Positions 50,932 through 60,593 of a stretch of DNA of 64,000 nt are shown one piece after another. Position 1 is the stretch's first letter; each line of letters opens with the position of its first letter. Location of the stretch: contig CAWAGQ010000013.1 in assembly GCA_963781585.1 (NCBI GenBank), forward strand, positions 128,001 to 192,000. The letters run 5' to 3'. The stretch is from an uncultured Gemmatimonadaceae bacterium (GTDB lineage Bacteria > Gemmatimonadota > Gemmatimonadetes > Gemmatimonadales > Gemmatimonadaceae). The notes beneath the pieces are model-generated. The model made no database searches. It worked only from the letters and a program-made list of their open reading frames with translations, and was not told the DNA's origin. The position numbers and the translations under genes were made by a program.

Positions 50932-52263
50932 ATGTTCGACGAACTTTCCGAGAAGCTGTCCGCCACGTTCTCGCGCCTTCGCGGGCGAGGCATACTCACG
51001 GATTCCGACATCAAGGACGGACTCCGCGAGATCCGGCGCGTGCTCCTCGAGGCCGACGTGAATTTCCAGCTCACGCGGGAGTTCCTCGAACGGGTGGAGT
51101 CGAAGGCCGCTGGTGTGACGTCGATCAGGACGGTCCAGCCGGCGCAGCAACTGGTCAAGATCGTCTACGACGAGCTGACCGCCATGCTGGGCGAGCAGCG
51201 GCAGCAGCTCAAGTTCAGCAGTGTGCCGCCGACGGTCGTGATGCTGGTGGGGCTCCAGGGTTCCGGGAAGACGACCACGGCGGCGAAGCTCGCGCGAAGG
51301 CTCAAGGGCGAAGGACGGCCGACGCGAATGGTTGCGGCCGACGTGTATCGTCCGGCCGCCATCGACCAGCTGGAGACGCTCGGCGCGCAGCTCGAGGTGC
51401 CGGTGTACGCGGACCGCTCGACGCAAGACGTGGTGCGGATCGCGCGGACGGGCATCGAGGAGGCGCGCCGGGCGCGCGACCGGATCGTGGTGCTCGATAC
51501 CGCCGGCCGGCTGCAGATCGACGAGGAGATGATGAAGGAGCTGGTGCGGGTGAAGGAGGCGGTGCACCCCGACGAGATCCTGCTGGTGGCCGACGGCATG
51601 ACGGGGCAGGACGCGGTGCGCATCGCCCAGGGCTTCAACGACGCGTTAGGCATCACCGGGGTCATTCTCACCAAGATGGACGGCGATGCCCGCGGCGGGG
51701 CGGCGCTGTCGATCTACGGCGTGATCAAGAAGCCGATCAAGTTCGTGGGCGTCGGCGAGAAGGTGGATGCGCTCGAGGACTTCCATCCCGAGCGCATGGC
51801 CGGCCGTATCCTTCAGATGGGCGACATCGTGTCGCTGGTCGAGAAGGCGCAGGAGGCGTTCGACACGGCCGAGGCGAAGAAGCTCGAGAAGAAGGTCCGG
51901 AAGGAAGGGGTCGATCTGGAGGACTTCCTGACGGCGATGAAGCAGATGCAGAAGCTCGGACCGCTCGAGGGAATCCTGAAGATGCTGCCCGGCGTGAACG
52001 CCAAGATGCTGCGGCAGGCGAATCTCGATCCGAAGCGGATGAAGCACGTGGAGGCGATCGTGCTGTCGATGACGCGCCAGGAGCGGAAGACACCTGGCGT
52101 GATCAACGGCTCGCGGCGGGCGCGCATCGCGCGGGGCAGCGGCCGTCCCATCAGCGAGGTGAACAGGCTGCTGGAGCAGTTCCGCGACATGCAGAAGATG
52201 ATGAAGAAGGCGGCCGGGGGCGGGCGGATGGGGTTGCCGCCTGGGCTGATGGGGATGCGGTGA
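50932..52263 (+). CDS. ffh: Signal recognition particle protein
   Basis: GLQGSGKTT, D.YRPAA, DTAGR, TKMDGDARGG and M-domain SRRARIARGSG. Confidence 0.98.
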   Translation: MFDELSEKLSATFSRLRGRGILTDSDIKDGLREIRRVLLEADVNFQLTREFLERVESKAAGVTSIRTVQPAQQLVKIVYDELTAMLGEQRQQLKFSSVPPTVVMLVGLQGSGKTTTAAKLARRLKGEGRPTRMVAADVYRPAAIDQLETLGAQLEVPVYADRSTQDVVRIARTGIEEARRARDRIVVLDTAGRLQIDEEMMKELVRVKEAVHPDEILLVADGMTGQDAVRIAQGFNDALGITGVILTKMDGDARGGAALSIYGVIKKPIKFVGVGEKVDALEDFHPERMAGRILQMGDIVSLVEKAQEAFDTAEAKKLEKKVRKEGVDLEDFLTAMKQMQKLGPLEGILKMLPGVNAKMLRQANLDPKRMKHVEAIVLSMTRQERKTPGVINGSRRARIARGSGRPISEVNRLLEQFRDMQKMMKKAAGGGRMGLPPGLMGMR

Positions 52264-52267
52264 TGAG

Positions 52268-52330
52268 AGGCCACAGGCCTCGGGCCATGGGTCAGAGGGT
52301 AGAGGACGGCAGGTCAAAGGTCATAGCTCA
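52268..52330. repeat. Degenerate GGYCA heptamer repeats between ffh and rpsP
   Basis: AGGCCAC AGGCCTC GGGCCAT GGGTCAG ... AGGTCAA AGGTCAT. Confidence 0.55.
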
Positions 52331-52422
52331 CCATTCCTTCTGTTTGCGCCGGGTGCGGGCCGGAGAGGCCGGTTTCGCGTGGAGCCTGGCGAGTTGCACG
52401 AACACCTAACGAGGATACATCC

Positions 52423-52758
52423 ATGGCAGTGCGCATTCGTCTTCGCCGGGTGGGGCGCAAGAAGCAGCCCTACTATCGCATCGTGGTCGCCGACAGTCGC
52501 AGTCCGCGCGACGGCCGGTTCATCGAAGTCATCGGTCACTACAATCCTCGTCAGGGTACCGCGCTGGGCGCGGGCGTGGATTTGAAACTCGATCGCGCGA
52601 ACTACTGGCTCGATGTCGGCGCGCTGCCCACGGACACCGCACGCTCGCTGCTCCGGCGCGCCGGCGTGCTGAAGACGCGGCACGAGGCGCGGGTGGCAAC
52701 GCGGCGCCAGACGGAAGCCGTGCCGCTGGCCGAGGGCGCGGAGCCGAAGGAAGGGTAG
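52423..52758 (+). CDS. rpsP: 30S ribosomal protein S16
   Basis: [33 protein letters not shown]. Confidence 0.97.
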   Translation: MAVRIRLRRVGRKKQPYYRIVVADSRSPRDGRFIEVIGHYNPRQGTALGAGVDLKLDRANYWLDVGALPTDTARSLLRRAGVLKTRHEARVATRRQTEAVPLAEGAEPKEG

Positions 52759-52771
52759 GAGCGGGCGGGCC

Positions 52772-53440
52772 GTGCCCGGGCCCGAGCCGCGCCTGCCGGA
52801 ATACGTCATCGTCGGACGTGTGCGCCGCGCGCATGGCGTGAACGGCGAGGTGGTGGTGGAGCCGCTGACCGACTCGCCCGACGTGATCTTCGCTCCGGGC
52901 CGGCGGGTCTTCGCGGGGACCACCCGGGGCGATGTGAGCGCTGGAACCCCCCAATTGCACGTCGGGAGCGCCTTTGCGCACCAGCTCGCGCTGGTGGTTG
53001 CATTCGCGGAGATCGCCGATCGGGATGCGGCGGACCTCTGGCGCAACCGTTACCTCCTCGTTCCGCGCGACGAGTTGCCGGGCCCGGAGGAGGGCGAGAT
53101 CTATCTCCACGAGCTGGTGGGATTGCGCGTGGAGACTCAGGACGGAGTCACGATCGGGACCGTCGACGCGTTCTATGAGTTGGCCCAGGGGCTGATGCTC
53201 GAGGTGCGGGTTGTGCTGGGGAGCGGGGCGGGCACGCGCGGGGACCATCGCGAGCGCGCGGCGAGGGACGACGCGAGCCCGGGGGAGAGGCCGCAACCCG
53301 ATGGCGACGCCGGACCTGCGGAGGCAGAGGCGTCCGGAAGCCGCACCTTGCTGCTCCCCTATCGGCCCGAGTTCGTCCGGCGGGTGGACGTGAAACAGGG
53401 GATGATGGTTGTGGAGCTGCCGGAGGGGTGGGTTGATTGA
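52772..53440 (+). CDS. rimM: Ribosome maturation factor RimM (with low-complexity insertion)
   Basis: VGRV.RAHGV.GE, E.Y..ELVGL.V and LLPY...FV..VD; canonical position after rpsP. Confidence 0.9.
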   Translation: MPGPEPRLPEYVIVGRVRRAHGVNGEVVVEPLTDSPDVIFAPGRRVFAGTTRGDVSAGTPQLHVGSAFAHQLALVVAFAEIADRDAADLWRNRYLLVPRDELPGPEEGEIYLHELVGLRVETQDGVTIGTVDAFYELAQGLMLEVRVVLGSGAGTRGDHRERAARDDASPGERPQPDGDAGPAEAEASGSRTLLLPYRPEFVRRVDVKQGMMVVELPEGWVD

Positions 53441-53445
53441 AGGCA

Positions 53446-53545
53446 GGTATCAGATATCAGCGTTCAGCTCTCAGAGGTGGGGGCCGTATCTGCTGAATGC
53501 TGCATGCTGCACCCTGAATGCTGATCGCTGAATGCTGACCGCCGA
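53446..53545. repeat. Opposed heptamer arrays (nnnTCAG)n and (GCTGAAT)n
   Basis: GTATCAG ATATCAG CGTTCAG CTCTCAG, then GCTGAAT GCTGCAT GCTGCAC CCTGAAT GCTGATC GCTGAAT GCTGACC. Confidence 0.8.
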
Positions 53546-53555
53546 TCTCACTTCC

Positions 53556-54302
53556 ATGCTCCCGATTACGATTCTCACCATATTCCCTGACTACTTCAGC
53601 GCTCCGCTCGGACTCAGTATTCCGGCGCGCGCGGCGGAGGTGGGCGTGGTGTCGTATCGGGTGGTCGACCTGCGGGACTTCACCCACGATCGGCATCGGA
53701 CGGTGGATGACTACGCGTATGGAGGCGGGGCAGGCATGGTGATGAAGCCGGAGCCGTTCTTCGAAGCCGTCGACGCGCTGCGGCCGGAAGGACCAATCGT
53801 GCTGCTCTCGCCGCGCGGGCGCACCTTCAGCCAGGACGACGCGCGGCGGTACGCCGGGGCGCCCGGGCTGACGCTGCTCTGCGGTCACTACAAGGACGTG
53901 GACCAGCGCGTGGCCGATCACCTGGCGACCGAGGTCGTCTCGTTAGGCGATTTCGTGCTGAGCGGCGGGGAACCGGCGGCACTGGCGGTGATCGATGCCA
54001 CGGTGCGCCTGCTCCCCGGCGCCATGTCCAGGCTCGAGAGCGCCCACGGCGACTCCTTCTTCGACCGCGACCTCAGCGCGCCGAGCTACACGAGGCCGCC
54101 CGAGTACCGGGGACACGCGGTGCCGGACGTGCTGCTGTCGGGCGACCACAAGCGGATCGCCGCGTGGCGACGCGACGTGGGCGACCGCCTGAGCCGGGAA
54201 CGCCAGCCGAACGGCGCGGGTACGCCCCGGGTGTCGACCGCGGCGGGGAAACCGGACCACGCCCCGACCGGCCGCGGCGTCGTCGAACGCGACCATTCCT
54301 GA
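53556..54302 (+). CDS. trmD: tRNA (guanine-N1)-methyltransferase
   Basis: TIFP, VDD..YGGG.GMV, SLGDFVLSGGE, YTRP and VPDVLLSGDH. Confidence 0.96.
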   Translation: MLPITILTIFPDYFSAPLGLSIPARAAEVGVVSYRVVDLRDFTHDRHRTVDDYAYGGGAGMVMKPEPFFEAVDALRPEGPIVLLSPRGRTFSQDDARRYAGAPGLTLLCGHYKDVDQRVADHLATEVVSLGDFVLSGGEPAALAVIDATVRLLPGAMSRLESAHGDSFFDRDLSAPSYTRPPEYRGHAVPDVLLSGDHKRIAAWRRDVGDRLSRERQPNGAGTPRVSTAAGKPDHAPTGRGVVERDHS

Positions 54303-54320
54303 TCGGACCGAATCGAACTC

Positions 54321-54896
54321 GTGCGACACTCCATCGCGCTCTGCCTGCTGACCGCTACCGGTTGCGCCGCCTTCTCGGCGAGGCAGGCGGCGCGAACGCC
54401 GGGCGGCGAAGCGCTATCGGGCGGCGAGGTTCGCGCGCATCACCACGCACCAGTGGCGTACTCCGTGCGCCTTGCCCCACGCGCACGACCCGCCTCCGCC
54501 GACGGTGGTGACGATGGCGATGGTCAGCAGGTCGAGTCGCGGAATTCCGGATCGATCCGGCTGATCATCGACGACGACGACACCTTCGAGTACCAGCTGA
54601 CGATCCAGAATCAGGCGCGTCGAACCTACACCTCGGCGCGCATCTATCGTGGCGACCCCGAGAACGGCGGCCAGCTCGTCGCGACGCTGTTCGACGATGT
54701 TGCGATGGGCAATCGCTACATCCAGGTGCGCGGCACGGCCCTGGTGCAACGTGCGTTGGATTCGCACCAGGCGCTCGATGCCCTGCGCAGTCATCCGGAC
54801 GAATATGTTTTCCGGGTGGACGCGGGGGATCGCTCGGCAGCGGCGTTGCAGGGCGGTATCGGCGATGACACCGGGGTCACAGGCCAGGGGCGGTAA
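54321..54896 (+). CDS. Exported CHRD-like domain protein
   Basis: Signal/lipobox (ATGC); SG...L......FEY.L.I ... A.IY.G....GG.LV..LF ... P..Y pattern. Confidence 0.55.
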   Translation: MRHSIALCLLTATGCAAFSARQAARTPGGEALSGGEVRAHHHAPVAYSVRLAPRARPASADGGDDGDGQQVESRNSGSIRLIIDDDDTFEYQLTIQNQARRTYTSARIYRGDPENGGQLVATLFDDVAMGNRYIQVRGTALVQRALDSHQALDALRSHPDEYVFRVDAGDRSAAALQGGIGDDTGVTGQGR

Positions 54897-55002
54897 GCCG
54901 CAGGCCATACCGCGCGCTGGCGTAAAGCTTTGCGGCCGGTTACGTTGCAGGTCTTCCCGAAGACGACGTCGACCGGGTTTCCCCGACTGGCCCGAGCATC
55001 AT

Positions 55003-55389
55003 ATGCATCCGTTCATCGAGACGCAGAAAGAGTGGCTGCGCACCGATCGCCCACCCTTTCGAGCAGGCGACACGCTCCGCGTGAGCGTTCGAGTGCGTGA
55101 AGGAGAGAAGGAGCGACTGCAGGCGTTCGAGGGCATCTGTATCGCCCGGCGTGGAAGCGGCGTGAGCGCCTCGTTCACGGTTCGGAAGATCTCCAACGGC
55201 GTCGGCGTGGAGCGCATCTTCCCCCTGCACAGTCCGATGATCGCGGACATCACGGTGGTGCGGCGCGGTCGCGTTCGGCGCGCCAAGCTGTACTACCTGC
55301 GTCATCTCGTCGGCAAGGCGACGCGTATTCGCGAGAAGAAGGTGCGCGTGTCGGTTCCCGTCACCGAAACACCCGAGAGCGCGGAGTAG
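55003..55389 (+). CDS. rplS: 50S ribosomal protein L19
   Basis: [27 protein letters not shown] and [10 protein letters not shown]. Confidence 0.97.
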   Translation: MHPFIETQKEWLRTDRPPFRAGDTLRVSVRVREGEKERLQAFEGICIARRGSGVSASFTVRKISNGVGVERIFPLHSPMIADITVVRRGRVRRAKLYYLRHLVGKATRIREKKVRVSVPVTETPESAE

Positions 55390-55440
55390 CGGAGCCCCTC
55401 GTGCGGTCGTCCCGCGCTCGGCGCGATTGCGCCTGATGGG

Positions 55441-56118
55441 GTGGCGGCTCACCGGTGGAGCCAGATAGAGCGGCAACTCCGCGCCGAGCACGGCGCGTTG
55501 ATCGCCGGAGTGGATGAGGTAGGACGCGGGCCGCTGGCCGGGCCGGTGGTCGCGTGCGCAGTGATCATGCCGCCGGAGCGTCGCGCCATCGCCGGCGTGG
55601 ACGACTCGAAGCGTCTCACCGAAGGGCAGCGCGTCCGGCTGGCCGCGCGCATTCGCTCCGTCGCGCTCGCGCTCGGCGTCGGCGCGGCGTCGGTGCGCGA
55701 GATCGACACCTTCAACATCTACCACGCGAGCACCCGCGCCATTCGACGGGCGATCATGCGCCTCGCCGTCAATCCGCATCACGTGCTGATCGACGGTCTC
55801 CCGATCCGAACGCTGGGAGTTCCGCACACGGCGGTGGTGCGCGGCGATTCCCGATGCTACTCGGTGGCCTGCGCGTCGATCGTGGCAAAGGTGGTTCGCG
55901 ACACGCTCATGCGCCGGCTTGCGCCGCGATATCCCCAGTACGGGTGGGAGCACAACGTGGGGTACGCCACGCCGGAGCACATCGCCGTGCTCGATGCGCA
56001 CGGCGGGTCGCCGCATCACCGCACCTCGTTCCGGATTACGCAACTCACGCTCGATCTCGACGAGGGCGCCGCGCTCGATGCGTCGTTCTCGAGAGCATCG
56101 CGGATCGGCGACGCGTGA
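55441..56118 (+). CDS. rnhB: Ribonuclease HII
   Basis: AGVDEVGRGPLAGPVVA, DSKRL, LIDG, ASIVAKV.RD and GY.T.EH. Confidence 0.96.
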   Translation: MAAHRWSQIERQLRAEHGALIAGVDEVGRGPLAGPVVACAVIMPPERRAIAGVDDSKRLTEGQRVRLAARIRSVALALGVGAASVREIDTFNIYHASTRAIRRAIMRLAVNPHHVLIDGLPIRTLGVPHTAVVRGDSRCYSVACASIVAKVVRDTLMRRLAPRYPQYGWEHNVGYATPEHIAVLDAHGGSPHHRTSFRITQLTLDLDEGAALDASFSRASRIGDA

Positions 56119-56990
56119 GACAGCCTGCCAGTGACTCGACGTTTCGGGCCGGGCTGTTCGACGGCCGGGTGGCACTGGTGACGGGCGGCGGGACCGGCAT
56201 CGGACTCGGGATATCGACGCTGCTGGCCGAGCTTGGGGCGCACGTGGTCATGGCGAGCCGGAAGCCCGAGCATCTCGATCCGGCGGTGGGCTATCTGCGC
56301 GCGCGCGGCCTGTCGGCGAGCGCGCAACCCCTCGACGTGCGCGACCGTGAGCGTGTGGGCGAAACCGTGGCCGCCGTGCGCGAGGCGCACGGCCGCATCG
56401 ATCTCCTCGTCAACAACGCGGCCGGCAACTTCTACGCGCCGAGCGAGACCATGAGCCCCAACGCGTGGCGGTCGGTGCTCGAGATCGATCTGTTCGGCAC
56501 GTTCTACTGCTCGCAGGCGGTGGCGCCGGTGATGCGCGCGCAGGGCGGCGGCGCGATCGTCAACATCTCGATGACACTGCAGTACCGTGGATGGCCGCTC
56601 ATGGCGCACGCGACCGCCGCGAAGGCGGGAGTGGACGCCCTCACCCGCACCCTCGCGGTGGAGTGGGCGCCGCACGGGATCCGGGTGAACGCCGTGGCAC
56701 CGGGACCGATTCCCACGGAAGGTGTCAAACGCGCATTCACTCCGCCGACGGTGGGGAAGGACAGCGGCGGGAGCAATGCCGCGGCGGATGTGTTTGCGGT
56801 GGAGCGCACCCTCGAGGACTACGCCCGTGCGGCCATTCCCCTACGGCGCTTCGGCACTCCGGCTGATATAGCTCATGCGGTGGTGTTCCTCGCGTCGCCT
56901 GCGGCGGGATGGATCACGGGGGCGATCCTGGTGGTGGATGGCGGCGAGTGGATCTGGAAGCCGGGACCACAGAGGCCGGGGCCTGTGTGA
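56115..56990 (+). CDS. SDR oxidoreductase, 2,4-dienoyl-CoA reductase-like
   Basis: VTGGGTGIG, NNAAGNF, H...AKAGV, RVNAVAPGPI and ITG..LVVDGG. Confidence 0.88.
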   Translation: MRQPASDSTFRAGLFDGRVALVTGGGTGIGLGISTLLAELGAHVVMASRKPEHLDPAVGYLRARGLSASAQPLDVRDRERVGETVAAVREAHGRIDLLVNNAAGNFYAPSETMSPNAWRSVLEIDLFGTFYCSQAVAPVMRAQGGGAIVNISMTLQYRGWPLMAHATAAKAGVDALTRTLAVEWAPHGIRVNAVAPGPIPTEGVKRAFTPPTVGKDSGGSNAAADVFAVERTLEDYARAAIPLRRFGTPADIAHAVVFLASPAAGWITGAILVVDGGEWIWKPGPQRPGPV

Positions 56991-57119
56991 CCCCGGTCAC
57001 ACGCTGTTCGTCGCACCCCCGGTATTATTGACCTGACTCCCTGCGGCGGACCGGCAGACGCTTCCGGAGCGCGGGGCAGTCCAGCGTCTAGAACAACTCT
57101 TCTCTGTGGGAGTGAAGAT

Positions 57120-57791
57120 ATGAACAATTTCAGCAGACTGCCCGCGATCGCCCTGGCGACGATGGTAGCTGGTGCGTGTGCGACGAAAGGGTACGTGCGC
57201 CAGCAAGTGGAAACCGGCGTGACCGCCGAGCGTGTCGCGCGTGTCTCAGCCGACAGTTCCCTGACGGGGAACGTCAACGACCTGAATTCGCAGGTCACGA
57301 CGGTGAAGTCGGACGTGGCGTCGTTGAAGAACGACGTCGCCGCGCTGCGCAGCGATCTGACCTCACTGCGCACCGAATTCGACGCGAAGATCACGGCGAT
57401 GGAGAACGGCATGAAGTTCGCGTTCCCGGTGACGTTCGCGTTCGACGATGCGACGGTCCGTGACGAGGACCGGGCGGCGCTCGATCAGTTCACCAAGGTG
57501 GTGAACAAGTACTATGGCGGATCGGTGCTGACGGTTGAGGGCCATGCGGACCCCGCCGGCTCCGCGACCTACAACAACAAGCTCTCCAAGGAGCGCGCCG
57601 AAGCGGTTGCGGCGTACCTGACGCAGGCCGGACTCACGGGTGTGGATGTACGCACCGTCGGGTATGGCGAGAGCCGTCAGGTGGTGAAGGGCGCCGAGAA
57701 GGACGAGCCCGGAGCCGACTCGAACCGCCGCGTGGTGTTCGTCGTCGAGTCGAAGGGGACGGCTGCTGCCACCGTGTCGAGCATGCCGTAA
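57120..57791 (+). CDS. OmpA-family peptidoglycan-associated lipoprotein with coiled coil
   Basis: AGAC lipobox, heptad coil, FAFD, VEGHAD..G...YN..LS..RA..V and GYGE...NRRV. Confidence 0.92.
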   Translation: MNNFSRLPAIALATMVAGACATKGYVRQQVETGVTAERVARVSADSSLTGNVNDLNSQVTTVKSDVASLKNDVAALRSDLTSLRTEFDAKITAMENGMKFAFPVTFAFDDATVRDEDRAALDQFTKVVNKYYGGSVLTVEGHADPAGSATYNNKLSKERAEAVAAYLTQAGLTGVDVRTVGYGESRQVVKGAEKDEPGADSNRRVVFVVESKGTAAATVSSMP

Positions 57792-57850
57792 CGGACCGGC
57801 GGCGCTCGGCCACGAGCGCCCCGACGCTGGCGCCAGTGCGCCGGCATCCG

Positions 57851-57883
57851 AGAGGCCCGGGAGTCCGCTCCCGGGCCTCTTTC
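57851..57883 (+). terminator. Intrinsic terminator between convergent genes
   Basis: AGAGGCCCGGGAG-TCCG-CTCCCGGGCCTCT followed by TTC. Confidence 0.7.
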
Positions 57884-57885
57884 AT

Positions 57886-59348
57886 TCAGGAGGCGGCGAG
57901 CGGCGCGGTCGCCGGAACGGGCAGCGTCAGGCGAAAGAGACTTCCGCCGGGACCCGTTTTCGCCAGGGTGACGTCGCCGCCATGCGCGCGTACGACCCAG
58001 CGTGCGATGGCCAGCCCCAGCCCAGCCCCGCCCGGACGAGCGGCGGCATCGTCGTGGTGGGGCGCGCGATAGAAGCGCTCGAAGATGCGCTCGGCGGCGT
58101 GAGGCGGCACGCCCACGCCGGTGTCCTCGACGTCGATCCCGTATGAGCCGTTGTCGCGGCTCGGCGCGGACCGTGACCCGGCCGCCCGGCGGCGTGTACT
58201 TCACGGCGTTGTCGAGGAGGTTCATGACGGCCCGTTTGAGCAGCGTCTCGTCGCCCGAGAACGGGAGGTCGTCGTCACCGAGCTCCGGGGCCAGACGTGA
58301 TGCCCTTCGCGGCGGCCAGGGACCGGGCCGCGCGCACGCACTCCTCGAGGACATCGCGGAGGTACAGTTCCTCGTCGCGAACGGGGCGCGAGCCGCCCTC
58401 GCTCTGCGCGAGCAGGAAGAGGTCGTCGACGATGCCGCGCAGCCGCCGGCTTTCCGCGCGAACGGCGGTCAGGGCGTCGCGCAGCTCTTCCGTGCGGCGG
58501 TCGGGTCTCGACAGCGCCAGTTCGCTCTCACCGCTGATGACCGCGACGGGCGTGCGCAGCTCATGCGAGGCGTCGGCCATGAACCGGCGCTGCTCCTCGA
58601 AGGCGCGCTCGAGGCGGTCGAGCAGGTCGTTGAAGACCGCGGCCAGGCGTCCGAGTTCGTCGCGCGGATTGCCCTCCGGCAGTCGCTCGTGCAGCGACGA
58701 CGCCCCGATAAAGGCGGCGCGCTCGGTCATGGAGGCGACCGGATGCAGGCTCTTCCGGGCGAGCATGTATCCGCCGATGGTGGCGAACCCCAGCAGAATC
58801 GGGATGACGAGCAGGAGCACGATGCCGACGTCGCGGAGCAGCTTCTGCTGCGCCCGCAACCGCTGGACGGTGGCGATCACGAGCGAATGGCTGCCGAGGG
58901 TATAGGGCATCGTGTAGACGCGAAGGGTTTCGTCTCCTTCGCGCACGGTGCGGAATGTCTGGGCGTCGGCCGGCGTGCGCTGCATCAGCGAGTCCATGTC
59001 GCTGACGACCGGGACGGTGGTCACCAGGGCGGACGTGGAGTTCGGGTCCACGCCGGCGCGCGCGTGGAAGGCGATCCCGGTTCCGCGGTCGAGCACCACC
59101 ACGTCGGTCTCGCGCAGCCGGAACGCGCGCACGACGTCGGCAATGGCGACGCTGTCGGACTTGCCGCTGTTGCGCTCGTACTCCATCGCGCCGGTGACGG
59201 CGCTGGCGGTCTCGGCGAGGAATTCGTTGATGCGCGCGAGACTCGATTGCCGGAGGAAGAGGAAGACGGCGACCGCGAAGGCCGCCAGAAAGACCGTGAA
59301 GACGCCCGCGTACCAGAGGGCGATCCGGGCCCGGATCGAGTGGAGCAC
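57886..59348 (-). pseudogene. HAMP sensor histidine kinase with two frameshifts (~58295 and ~58160)
   Basis: RRFMADASHELRTP H-box; the N-box (NLLDNAVKY) and the G boxes (EDTG.G, RIFERFYR, GAGLGLAI) each lie in different frames. Confidence 0.85.
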
Positions 59349-59349
59349 G

Positions 59350-60081
59350 TCAGCGCGGTCGCGTCGAGCGTCCCCGCGTGCCGGCCGGTTCGTTAGGCGC
59401 GGCGTCGTCCGCGACGTCGGCCAGCAGGTAGCCGGCGCCGCGCCGGGTGTGGATGAGCGCGCGTCCGGCGCCCTCATCCACCTTCTTGCGCAGGCGGTTG
59501 ATGTAGACCTCGATGGCGTTGGAGAAGGGGTCGTGGTTCTCGTCCCAGACGTGCTCGCACAGCTCGGCCCGTCCCACGACCCGTCCCGCGTGGCGCGCCA
59601 GGTACTCGAGCATCACGTATTCCTTGCCGGTGAGGCGCAGCGGCCGTTCGGCGCGGGTGGCCGTCTGGCCGGCGGTGTCGATCCGCAGGTCGGCGACGGT
59701 GAGGACGGCGGGCAGCAGCGACGGCATGCGGCGCAGGAGAGCACGCAGCCGCGCGTGCAACTCCTCGAGCTCGAAGGGCTTGGTGAGGTAGTCGTCCGCC
59801 CCGGCGTCGAGACCCGTGATGCGATCGGGCAGGGTGTCGCGCGCGGTGAGCATGAGAATCGGGACCTGAAGGCCGCGCCGCCGCAACTCGCGGCTGACCT
59901 CGATGCCATCCTTGCGAGGCAGGCCGATATCGAGGATCAGGGCGTCATATGGATTGACCGCGGCCTGGAAGATGGCCGCGTCGCCATCGACGGCCAGATC
60001 GACCGCGTAGCCCCGTTCGCGCAAGCTGCGGGCCAGCATGTCCGCCAGGCGGGCGTCGTCTTCGACAACAAGGAGTCGCAT
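59350..60081 (-). CDS. OmpR-family response regulator (CusR/CzcR-like)
   Basis: MRLLVVEDD, LDIGLP, GLDAGADDYL.KPF, SN.IEVYI.RLRKK and IHTRRG.GY. Confidence 0.93.
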   Translation of the reverse strand: MRLLVVEDDARLADMLARSLRERGYAVDLAVDGDAAIFQAAVNPYDALILDIGLPRKDGIEVSRELRRRGLQVPILMLTARDTLPDRITGLDAGADDYLTKPFELEELHARLRALLRRMPSLLPAVLTVADLRIDTAGQTATRAERPLRLTGKEYVMLEYLARHAGRVVGRAELCEHVWDENHDPFSNAIEVYINRLRKKVDEGAGRALIHTRRGAGYLLADVADDAAPNEPAGTRGRSTRPR

Positions 60082-60247
60082 GGGAATGATCCCGATCGAG
60101 CGGGGTGTGCGGGCGTTAGCCGCCGTTTAGGTGGAGTCCCGTAACGTCATCCCGCGAATCGATGCACGACAGCGGGACAAGTGGCCGTCGGGGCTTTCGA
60201 CATCGCGGATCGCAAGACAGTACCACCAATCTACCAGAGGAGTTCAT

Positions 60248-60541
60248 ATGACCCGTAAGCTGATCGCCCTCCTCGCATCGCTGGCGCTCGCGTCACCGGT
60301 GCTGGGCGCCCAGCAGTCGAAGGCGGCGGCGCCGAAGCCTGCGGCGTCGCAAGCGGCGACGGCGGCGAAGGGCAAGGCAGATACCGCCAAGACCAAGGCC
60401 GACTCCACCAAGGCCAAGACTGCGGCGACGAAGAAGTCCACCACCGGCAAGTCGGCGACGACCAAGGGGAAGTCGAAGTCCGCGACGACGCACAAAGGCG
60501 CGACGAAGGATTCGACCAAGGCCGCGCCGAAGAAGCCGTAG
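60248..60541 (+). CDS. Small secreted Lys/Ala/Thr-rich low-complexity protein
   Basis: AGAGGAG RBS, signal peptide, then KADTAKTKADSTKAK-type repeats. Confidence 0.75.
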   Translation: MTRKLIALLASLALASPVLGAQQSKAAAPKPAASQAATAAKGKADTAKTKADSTKAKTAATKKSTTGKSATTKGKSKSATTHKGATKDSTKAAPKKP

Positions 60542-60593
60542 CGCGGTAGTACTGCCGCGCTGTGTTCGCCGCTGCGTGCTCCTGGGGGTGTAG

